A program made the translations under genes and the position numbers. Source: Marine Group I thaumarchaeote (GTDB lineage Archaea > Thermoproteota > Nitrososphaeria > Nitrososphaerales > Nitrosopumilaceae). Taken from it: DNA of 12,152 nt. The DNA lies in NCBI GenBank assembly GCA_044358425.1, contig CP054849.1, forward strand, positions 745,399 through 757,550. Reading direction: 5' to 3'. The first letter of the stretch is position 1. Every line of letters starts with the position of its first letter. Positions 1 through 6,462 of the stretch are shown in pieces. The notes under the pieces were generated by a model. It searched no databases and had not been told where the DNA came from. It saw only the letters and a list, made by a program, of their open reading frames with translations.

Positions 1-40
1 TTGGTTAGATAGGGGAATATGTTGAATACCTTTCATTCTA

Positions 41-75
41 ATTTCAGATGATTAAAACGGTTTGACATCTGAAAT
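41..75. repeat. perfect 10-bp inverted repeat (atttcagatg / catctgaaat) with a 15-nt loop; potential stem-loop
   Basis: Read directly: 41-50 is the exact reverse complement of 66-75. All three + frames reach a stop by nt 25, so it sits just downstream of any + strand gene ending at the window edge. No T-tract follows. Confidence 0.6.
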
Positions 76-135
76 GGATTGCTGATACCAATTAACATTA
101 CAAACATTATTCTGTGCACATAATAAAAAAAAGAT

Positions 136-411
136 ATGTCAAAAATGATATTCATTAAAGAAATTATCAGTATAGAAAAAGAACCAAGATTATGTCCAAC
201 ATGTGAAAAACCCGATAGATTAGAGTCAGGTTTGATCAGAGAAGATAGGTCATCAGGAAGAACAATTCTATGTACAAGATGTGAAGCATTGATTGTGATT
301 ACAACAGACAAAATAATCAAACCAGAATTATCATCAACTAAAGATGATACAATTTTGCTAAAAGAGCCACACCTAATCCGACAAGTATCAACTTTTAATC
401 ATCTTATGTGA
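136..411 (+). CDS. small zinc-ribbon protein (CPTC ... CTRC)
   Basis: 91-aa ORF with two CxxC pairs 22 residues apart (C20-P-T-C23, C46-T-R-C49) and K/E-rich composition. The antisense ORF 33..320 has shadow-like I/L/S/F composition. The stop lies 12 nt before the next + strand ORF. Confidence 0.55.
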   Translation: MSKMIFIKEIISIEKEPRLCPTCEKPDRLESGLIREDRSSGRTILCTRCEALIVITTDKIIKPELSSTKDDTILLKEPHLIRQVSTFNHLM

Positions 412-423
412 AATAAAATTTGG

Positions 424-720
424 ATGGATTCCAATTCATTTGATTCGGTTGACTATTTAATTTTGGCATCAATTACACAAGGTGTAACAAAATATACCAG
501 TATTTTTAAAAACTGCAAAAAAACAAATGCTGCAAAATTCAGAGATCATGTAAATAAATTAGAAGATGTCAATTTGATTACAATAGATAAAAGTGAGAAT
601 TGGTTTACAAGAAATACAAACCCTTCAATAATTTTGAAAGACGAAGGAAAAAGATTTGTTAAAGAACATTCAACAAAAATTAATCAAGAATGGGAATTAT
701 TTAAAATGAAAAATAATTGA
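424..720 (+). CDS. small winged-helix (MarR/PadR-like) DNA-binding protein, putative
   Basis: 98 aa. The pattern DYLILASITQGVTKYTSIF...FRDHVNKLEDVNLITID...IILKDEGKRFV resembles helix-turn-helix plus wing. Only 12 nt from the upstream Zn-ribbon ORF. Confidence 0.5.
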   Translation: MDSNSFDSVDYLILASITQGVTKYTSIFKNCKKTNAAKFRDHVNKLEDVNLITIDKSENWFTRNTNPSIILKDEGKRFVKEHSTKINQEWELFKMKNN

Positions 721-725
721 TGAAA

Positions 726-974
726 TCAATTGTCAGATTTTGATAGTAATTCCTTTATCACATAACCTCTGACATTTGCAAACTCCCATTCCTTCAAATT
801 TGCCAGACGACATTCTTCCTTAATTATCAAACCTGCAAGTCCATCACTCCAGATATGACGTTTTACATCATAAACTTCAACAATTTTACCATGTTTTGTA
901 ATTTTAATAGCACCATGACAACGCTTGATTATTTTTAATGCCACTTTAGCATAAATTTTTTCAAAATTTGTCAT
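726..974 (-). CDS. hypothetical protein (82 aa)
   Basis: Clean ORF with ATG start and typical K/E/I composition. No motif recognised. Confidence 0.45.
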   Translation of the reverse strand: MTNFEKIYAKVALKIIKRCHGAIKITKHGKIVEVYDVKRHIWSDGLAGLIIKEECRLANLKEWEFANVRGYVIKELLSKSDN

Positions 975-1137
975 ATCATAGTAGGAATTATTTCATTTCA
1001 AAAAGCTTCTGTTTATTCATTCAATAGCAATATACATCACATTAGTCAATCATGGATGCTGATGATTAATCAAACTCTCTAAGCTATACTGATAAAATGA
1101 TGAGCATTGCCGAATTATGAAGCGTTTTTAAAAATAA

Positions 1138-1350
1138 TTAAGAGTGATCATGACCACAATCACAGCCATGATCATCACTTTGAAGTGATCTTAGTTTGGT
1201 AATTGTCTCATCATGGATTTTTAGCAAATCAGTTACCTGATTTTTCAAGTTTTCATCATTCCAGTTTTCTTTCTCTAATGAACGAACTGTTTCAATTATT
1301 TCAAGATCAGTATTCAATATACTATCCATTAATTCTTCTTGTTGATTCAT
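1138..1350 (-). CDS. small helical protein with C-terminal Cys/His metal-binding-like tail (DDHGCDCGHDHS)
   Basis: 70-aa ORF located 43 nt downstream of the DUF151-like gene on the same strand. The acidic helical body ends in the residue palindrome D-H-G-C-D-C-G-H-D, encoded at 1141-1176. Confidence 0.55.
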   Translation of the reverse strand: MNQQEELMDSILNTDLEIIETVRSLEKENWNDENLKNQVTDLLKIHDETITKLRSLQSDDHGCDCGHDHS

Positions 1351-1393
1351 AATCTATCATCAAGATACTAAGAAAAAAACCATTCGAATTGAA

Positions 1394-1819
1394 TTATGCT
1401 TCCATTTGTTCTTTCAATAATTTTTTTCTTACCAATATTGGAATTTTATAATATGCACCCAAAGCCATTGCATCAGAAGCCCTATGATTTTTCAAAACTA
1501 AATCCTTCTTACCAGTAAAGTATAGATTTGCTCGTAAAACATCACCACTTTCATAAATTTTGACTTTTACAAGAGAAATTTCATTTTGTTCACAAATTTC
1601 CTCAATCATTCGATATATTGACGGAGATTGTTCACCGTCAGGTTCATCAAAACTTGAGATATGTTTTGCAACTTCACCAGAAAACGCACGCATGTGAAAT
1701 TCTTTACCATTGTCTGCTTTTAGAACAACCATTCCTTCTAAAGCATAAGGATCCACAAAGCCCACATAAGTAATTTTTACAGAATCATAATCAGGATCAG
1801 GAGCTTGATCAATTTCCAT
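1394..1819 (-). CDS. DUF151 / bifunctional nuclease (BFN) domain protein, divergent
   Basis: 141 aa. The order of conserved blocks matches the DUF151 family as I recall it: FHMRAFSGEVAKHI (family IxIGxxEAxAI), SPSIYRMIEEI (family RPxTHDLl), VLRANLYF, and HRASDAMALGAYYKIPILV (family ARPSDAIALAlrxxxPIxV). TATA-like ctttataaataa (1846-1857, minus sense) lies about 30 nt upstream. Confidence 0.7.
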   Translation of the reverse strand: MEIDQAPDPDYDSVKITYVGFVDPYALEGMVVLKADNGKEFHMRAFSGEVAKHISSFDEPDGEQSPSIYRMIEEICEQNEISLVKVKIYESGDVLRANLYFTGKKDLVLKNHRASDAMALGAYYKIPILVRKKLLKEQMEA

Positions 1820-1920
1820 GGTTTTACGCTTAAAGTTGGCAGATATTATTTATAAAGATAGCAAAAGATATGGATCAAAAAATAGTTCATAAATTATTAC
1901 TTAATTACGCCGACCCCAAA

Positions 1921-1930
1921 TTATTTAAAA
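1921..1930 (+). promoter_or_regulatory. TATA-box-like element (ttatttaaaa) for the CBS-TrkH gene
   Basis: Its centre is about 26 nt upstream of ATG 1951, the archaeal TATA-to-TSS distance expected for a leaderless or short-leader mRNA. Confidence 0.4.
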
Positions 1931-1950
1931 TCCCGATATAAGGAAGCTTA

Positions 1951-3765
1951 ATGTCTACAAACCCAGAAAAAGCAGTTACTTACGTCCTAAGTAAAAATGT
2001 GACAGAATATATGGACAAAGATGTTTTGATGTTGGATCTAAAAACACTAACAAGGGAAGCAGCTACTATGTTACGTAATTATGAAACAGATGACATTGTG
2101 GTTGTAGATTCTAAAAAATTCCCAGTAGGAATTGTTACAGATGAAGATATTCTAAGTAAAGTTAGTGATGCAACCGTATATGCAGAATCTACCACATTAG
2201 AGCAAATAATGAGTAAACCACTTATCACAATTAATGAAAAATCAACATTGCAAGATGCATTGCACATTATGCGAGACAACAATGTTAGAAAACTTCCAGT
2301 TGTTTCAAAAAAGAATCAAGTTCTTGGAATGATTCTTCAATCAACTATAGCAAATATTATCAGAAATGCAACATCAACTACGCCTCGACTTTTGAGTCCA
2401 CCAGTAAAAGCAGTTTTAGGAAACCTGGGATTTGTGTTACAATTTGCAGGAGTATTACTGCTTGTTCCAGCAGTTGTTGCCACATTACTTGAAGATACTG
2501 TTACAGCATCAGGAATTTACTTAACTACTGTGTTATTGCTTGTTACGGGATTTTTCTTGAATTCCTATGGTGAAAAATCAAGTCTTAATTTACAACAAGC
2601 GTCAATACTGGTGTTTTCAAGTTTATTCTTACTGTCGTTATTTGGAACAATACCATATCTGTACGTATTTCCAAGTAATGAAACAAATGTTCAGGTATTT
2701 GCTGATGCATTCTTTTCCAGTGCAGCAGGATTCACAACAGGAGGAATTTCGTTATTTGATGAACCTGAAAAGCTAACTCAAAGTTTCACATTTTTTAGAA
2801 GTTATACACAGTTAGTCGGAGGAATGAGTTTCATTTACTTAGTAATCACTGCATTTTATCCAGAATCAAAATTACAAGCTATGCGTGGTTTTATTTCTGG
2901 AAAGACACTTCACATGAAAGAACTTTTCCTTACGATTACAGTCATTTTTGCAATTTATATCGTAATTGTTGCATTCTTGTTGTATTTATTCGGAGAAAGA
3001 AACATCATAGATAATTTTTCTCTGGCGATGAGTACATTGTCTACTGGAGGATTTACACCGACATCTACAATTCTTGAAGATTTGTTATGGCAAGAACATA
3101 TTGTATTAATGGGTGCAATGATACTAGGAGCTTTACCATTTACATTCCACTATGCATTTGTAAGAAAAAAATTCTTGTCTCCAAAATTAGGAAAAGAGGT
3201 ATTAGCATATTTTGCAATTTTAGGGGGAGCGACGTTATTGTTTGTAGCAATTAGTGGATTGGATCCTATGGAAGGCGTATTTTATTCAGTATCTGCCAGT
3301 ACAACAGCAGGACTACAAATGGATAGTTTAGCCGGTCTTAGCGGTGGCGCACATTCAATTCTAATAATTTTGATGTTTATTGGAGGATGTGGATTTTCAA
3401 CAGCAGGAGGCTTAAAGATTTTCAGATTATTTCATCTCAAAGATATCAAATCATTTATTTCAAAAGTAGGAAGATCAAAACTAAGTGATCAAAGTAAAAA
3501 AGAAATAATTTCCACATTAATCATAATTGCACTATTTCCAACAATTTCTGCAATTACAGGAGCACATCTTGCAGCAATTGAAGATGTTCCATTTCAAGAT
3601 GCATTTTTTGAAGCAGCAGGGATTATCACCACTGGAGGATTGTCTGCAGGAGTAATCGACAAAGATACTGATCCAGCTACGATGATAGTATTAGGATTTT
3701 TAATGATTTTTGGAAGATTAGAAATTATAGCAATTATCTATATTTTTGTGCCTAGACTCAGTTAA
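1951..3765 (+). CDS. trkH: K+ transporter, TrkH/KtrB superfamily membrane domain with N-terminal tandem CBS pair
   Basis: 604 aa. Residues ~20-138 (nt ~2008-2364) form two CBS motifs (DIVVVDSKKFPVGIVTDEDIL; NVRKLPVVSKKNQVLGMILQSTI). The rest is polytopic with four P-loop filter motifs: TTGG (2734-2745), STGG (3040-3051), TTAG (3301-3312) and TTGG (3628-3639). The Gly-rich GGCGFSTAGGLKIFR segment is typical of the third-repeat M2 helix of Trk/Ktr. Confidence 0.9.
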   Translation: MSTNPEKAVTYVLSKNVTEYMDKDVLMLDLKTLTREAATMLRNYETDDIVVVDSKKFPVGIVTDEDILSKVSDATVYAESTTLEQIMSKPLITINEKSTLQDALHIMRDNNVRKLPVVSKKNQVLGMILQSTIANIIRNATSTTPRLLSPPVKAVLGNLGFVLQFAGVLLLVPAVVATLLEDTVTASGIYLTTVLLLVTGFFLNSYGEKSSLNLQQASILVFSSLFLLSLFGTIPYLYVFPSNETNVQVFADAFFSSAAGFTTGGISLFDEPEKLTQSFTFFRSYTQLVGGMSFIYLVITAFYPESKLQAMRGFISGKTLHMKELFLTITVIFAIYIVIVAFLLYLFGERNIIDNFSLAMSTLSTGGFTPTSTILEDLLWQEHIVLMGAMILGALPFTFHYAFVRKKFLSPKLGKEVLAYFAILGGATLLFVAISGLDPMEGVFYSVSASTTAGLQMDSLAGLSGGAHSILIILMFIGGCGFSTAGGLKIFRLFHLKDIKSFISKVGRSKLSDQSKKEIISTLIIIALFPTISAITGAHLAAIEDVPFQDAFFEAAGIITTGGLSAGVIDKDTDPATMIVLGFLMIFGRLEIIAIIYIFVPRLS

Positions 3766-3770
3766 GATAG

Positions 3771-3780
3771 AATTTAATTT
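3771..3780 (+). promoter_or_regulatory. TATA-box-like element (aatttaattt)
   Basis: Its centre is about 26 nt upstream of ATG 3801. The same aatttaatt core recurs at 6430 and 8062 at similar distances from start codons. Confidence 0.35.
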
Positions 3781-3800
3781 CACACCAAAATCAAGACATC

Positions 3801-4625
3801 ATGGAACAATCTAGCCTAATCAACAAAGGAAAAAAAATGATAATTTTAGGATTTACGATTATAGGAGTTTTGTTTGTGTTGTATGGAAGATATCAGGATC
3901 CAGAACTTTTGACACCTAGTGCAATTGATACAATTCAAAGAATTGCATACGGGTTTTACATCACATTGGTAGCAGCATTTGGTGCAATTGCTATTGGAAT
4001 TTTTAGATATCATAAAGGAAAAGTTGAAACAAATGGGAAGGATCTTTCAACAATTATTGCATTGGTAACTTGGAGCTTAAAATCAAGAAAGATCTTTTTA
4101 TCAACATTTGTTGGATATGGAATATTTTTTGCATTAATTTCAGGAACATTAGTGTATCAACCGGAAATTAATTTTGTGACACATTACGGAGCAGTAATTC
4201 CATCAGGATTTATCGCACCATGTTGTGATGAACCAGGATATATGCCAAAAATTATAGTTTACATAACAGAACATATTGGTTTACAAATTATTCCAATTAA
4301 TTTAGTACTGCAAATTATTGTTTCATATTTAGTTGGACTTAACGTTTCAATTGCAGTAACAGCATATTCGATATCAAAGAAAGGAGGAGGAATCAGCACT
4401 ATTGGTGCAGCAACAGGATTGTTTATTGCATGTCCAACATGTGCTGGAACATTTTTATCAATTTTCATAGGAACTGCAAGTGGAATTGCATTGTCTGTAG
4501 CACTTTCACAGATGCAGACATTTTTGATTGGAGTCTCAATTCCCATTTTGATTGTAACCCCATATCTAATGGCAAGAAAATTAAGAAATGCCGATGGAAG
4601 TTGTAAAATTAATTTTGAGAGATGA
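3801..4625 (+). CDS. multi-pass membrane protein with conserved-looking CC and CPTC motifs, function unknown
   Basis: 274 aa with about 6-7 hydrophobic segments. APCCDEPGY is encoded at 4221-4226 (CC) and FIACPTCAGTF at 4431-4442. Located 35 nt downstream of the CBS-TrkH gene on the same strand. An alternative start is M13 (3837). Confidence 0.75.
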   Translation: MEQSSLINKGKKMIILGFTIIGVLFVLYGRYQDPELLTPSAIDTIQRIAYGFYITLVAAFGAIAIGIFRYHKGKVETNGKDLSTIIALVTWSLKSRKIFLSTFVGYGIFFALISGTLVYQPEINFVTHYGAVIPSGFIAPCCDEPGYMPKIIVYITEHIGLQIIPINLVLQIIVSYLVGLNVSIAVTAYSISKKGGGISTIGAATGLFIACPTCAGTFLSIFIGTASGIALSVALSQMQTFLIGVSIPILIVTPYLMARKLRNADGSCKINFER

Positions 4626-4869
4626 ATGCCTTGACTTCAGGAATTTTATAATTCCCGATATCATATCCGTCTCGTCGAAGGTATTTCAAAGATAATTTGT
4701 AAATTAATTCATCATGATCAACTACATCCATAATCTCACTCCATAGAATTTTCTGATTATTTTTGATATTTTCTTTAAATTGAGGAATTAGTGATTCAGC
4801 GATAGATTTGCACTCTTCCATTGTTTTCCCGTTTTTGTAGGCACGAACTCGACGGTCACATGAATCCAT
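4609..4869 (-). CDS. hypothetical protein (86 aa)
   Basis: ATG-initiated ORF. TATA-like ggtttatttactattttt (minus sense, about 4886-4900) lies about 24 nt upstream. Its 3' end overlaps the convergent membrane gene by 17 nt. Confidence 0.5.
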   Translation of the reverse strand: MDSCDRRVRAYKNGKTMEECKSIAESLIPQFKENIKNNQKILWSEIMDVVDHDELIYKLSLKYLRRDGYDIGNYKIPEVKAFISQN

Positions 4870-4947
4870 AATTAAAAGTCCTAAAAATAGTAAATAAACC
4901 TAATTTGAAAAGATTGTAACAAATACAAGGAATAACCAAATTAATGA

Positions 4948-5202
4948 ATGGTAATTAGTTCTGCTCAAGAATATGTCGAATTTTTTATCAATTTGAACAT
5001 GGGAAATGAGGTAAGTTTGTTACGATTTATCAATAATGAAAAAATGACATTAAAGCAAAAATTGAAAAATAAAATTAATGAAAAAGAGCCAATTGAAAAA
5101 GGTATCAATATTTTAGAATCAATAATTAAGGAAATTTCCGAAAATGGAGAACCAAAAGTGTTAAGCAAATATCAAATATCAAATGAGAGAAAACATGGAT
5201 AA
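4948..5202 (+). CDS. hypothetical protein (84 aa)
   Basis: K/E/N-rich ORF. Its TAA stop overlaps the alternative start of the next gene (ATGGATAA at 5195-5202), suggesting coupling. No clear TATA upstream, so the start is uncertain. Confidence 0.4.
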   Translation: MVISSAQEYVEFFINLNMGNEVSLLRFINNEKMTLKQKLKNKINEKEPIEKGINILESIIKEISENGEPKVLSKYQISNERKHG

Positions 5203-5761
5203 AAATTCAGAAATTATCAGAACAGAAGTTATTAGAATTTTAAATGAAAGTGGAAAAATTCGAAGTAATGAATTAGCAAAAAGAGTTATCAAAAAAGTAG
5301 GTAATGAAAAAACAGTCTATAGAGAAATAGGTCAATTAGTAGAATCAGGGGAAATTGCACGGACCATACACAGTAGGTCACATATTGAATATGAATTAAT
5401 TAATTTATACGAATCCGTTAATAATCAATTAAAGAATTTGTATAGTGAAGTAAACTTAATTTTTGAAGAAATAGAAAAATTTGAACAAATTAGTAAGGAA
5501 AAGGATTTTTCTCAACTTGAGCGCTTAAGAAATACAATTGATCTAATACATGCAATACAATCAGCAGATAGCATCATAAAATTACTATCGTATTATCCCA
5601 CATTCAAAAAAGATCAGATGTTTTCACAAGTTAAAAGAAGAATTAGTGATTGTTGGGAAAGGATGATGAATAGTATAATACATCAACCTGAAGAAGATTT
5701 TTTGAATGAAATAATTAATAATTTGCAAATTGGAAGAAAAAATCAAAATCACGTAAATTAA
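5183..5761 (+). CDS. winged-helix DNA-binding protein with C-terminal helical domain (paralog of 9344..9919)
   Basis: 192 aa. The N-terminal IIRTEVIRILNESGKIRSNELAKRVIKKVGNEKTVYREIGQLVESGEIART reads as wHTH. The start may be ATG 5195 instead. Length and architecture match the 191-aa ORF at 9344..9919. Confidence 0.65.
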   Translation: MRENMDKNSEIIRTEVIRILNESGKIRSNELAKRVIKKVGNEKTVYREIGQLVESGEIARTIHSRSHIEYELINLYESVNNQLKNLYSEVNLIFEEIEKFEQISKEKDFSQLERLRNTIDLIHAIQSADSIIKLLSYYPTFKKDQMFSQVKRRISDCWERMMNSIIHQPEEDFLNEIINNLQIGRKNQNHVN

Positions 5762-6030
5762 TAATTTTTTAATTTATTCAAAACAATTTTAAAAATTGAG
5801 TCATTATCTAACAACACGTAAGGCAGATCATTTTCCTCACAGGCTTGACCACTTTCAGTATCACGAGTAACCAAAATCATATTATTTTCTTTAGCATAAT
5901 TTATCACCGAATAATCTGTTCTTAATTTGTGGCCATCCATGCGTAATTTTTTAACACTATAAGCATCAAATCCCAATTCCTTAAGTTTCTCATCCCAACC
6001 ATCATCCATTTCATCAATTAAAATTTTCAT
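5758..6030 (-). CDS. PIN-like nuclease domain protein (DUF5615 / Mut7-C-like), solitary
   Basis: 90 aa. MKILIDEM...LKELGFDAYSV...TDYSVINYAKENNMILVTRD follows the family pattern as I recall it (MKfLlDEnl...L...GhDv.....sDeeIl.xAxxegrvLvTrD), keeping the three acidic positions. Confidence 0.6.
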   Translation of the reverse strand: MKILIDEMDDGWDEKLKELGFDAYSVKKLRMDGHKLRTDYSVINYAKENNMILVTRDTESGQACEENDLPYVLLDNDSIFKIVLNKLKNY

Positions 6031-6174
6031 ATAATCATAAAATTATTTTACAATATTAGTGTAATACGCACAGTTTTAAAAAATTACAAAATAAATTGAA
6101 AAAAGATTTTTTTAAGCTAAATCATGAGAAAATTTTACATTGGACATGTAATAATAATTTTTTAATTTGAGTTA

Positions 6175-6408
6175 ATGTCAAAAATAGAAGCATACGACAT
6201 CAAAGCAAGAAAAAAAGTAACCATGAACAATCCAAGACCATATCTAATGAAAAATGGTTCATGGGCATTAAAAGGAACTAGTTCAGAAACCGGAATATCA
6301 CTATTTAGAATAGTGGGTAGAAATAAACCAAAAATTTCTCAATCCCGATTTGAATCATTCAAAAATTTGTTTGTAAGCAGACAATGTGAATGTGAAAAAA
6401 TCTGCTAG
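6175..6408 (+). CDS. small protein related to the AYCxKC...MKNG...KGxCPxCGxxxFRI zinc-ribbon family (recalled as DUF5679) but lacking all four Cys ligands
   Basis: 77 aa. EAYDIKARKKVTMNNPRPYLMKNGSWALKGTSSETGISLFRIVG aligns position by position with the family consensus I recall. D8, A11, S36 and T39 replace the four cysteines. A distinct C-terminal extension ends in CECEKIC. Confidence 0.5.
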   Translation: MSKIEAYDIKARKKVTMNNPRPYLMKNGSWALKGTSSETGISLFRIVGRNKPKISQSRFESFKNLFVSRQCECEKIC

Positions 6409-6429
6409 TTTTGATTTTTTTAAGATTAA

Positions 6430-6442
6430 AAATTTAATTAAA
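6430..6442 (+). promoter_or_regulatory. TATA-box-like element (aaatttaattaaa)
   Basis: Its centre is about 27 nt upstream of ATG 6463. Confidence 0.4.
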
Positions 6443-6462
6443 GAAAATTTGTTTAGCAAGTA

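Noticed and set aside
33-320. 95-aa minus-strand ORF overlapping the Zn-ribbon ORF
   Set aside because: Its I/L/S/F-rich composition is typical of the antisense of a K/E-rich gene. The + strand ORF carries a clean 4-Cys ribbon signature.
2079-2282. 67-aa antisense ORF inside the CBS region; likewise 2567..2776 (+, out of frame) inside TrkH
   Set aside because: Both are fully nested in a 604-aa gene with strong domain evidence, and both have low-complexity or odd composition.
4259-4546. 95-aa antisense ORF inside the membrane protein gene
   Set aside because: It is nested in a gene with coherent TM segments and Cys motifs, so it is a shadow ORF.
4764-4777. Possible target-site duplication: tgatattttcttta (4764-4777) versus tgatattattcttta across the aEF-2 stop (10148-10162). 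Also an 11-mer tttatcaataa shared by 5026-5036 and 10159-10169.
   Set aside because: These are short, gapped, pure A/T-rich matches, and many such matches are expected by chance in a 12-kb window of this composition. One copy lies inside a CDS. This is not evidence for att or TSD sites without a proper alignment and statistics.
4965-5168. 67-aa antisense ORF opposite 4948..5202
   Set aside because: F/S/L/I-rich shadow composition. Neither strand is strongly supported, but the + ORF is coupled to the downstream wHTH gene.
5758-5761. Convergent gene pairs overlapping on TTAA (5758-5761 and 7219-7222)
   Set aside because: This is a trivial consequence of two opposing TAA stops sharing a palindromic TTAA. 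It is noted only as evidence of tight packing, not as a signal.
6031-6174. Hidden antitoxin ORF upstream of the PIN-like gene
   Set aside because: The only minus-strand ATG-initiated frame here (from 6146) runs 11 codons before a stop. The spacer reads as a divergent promoter region.
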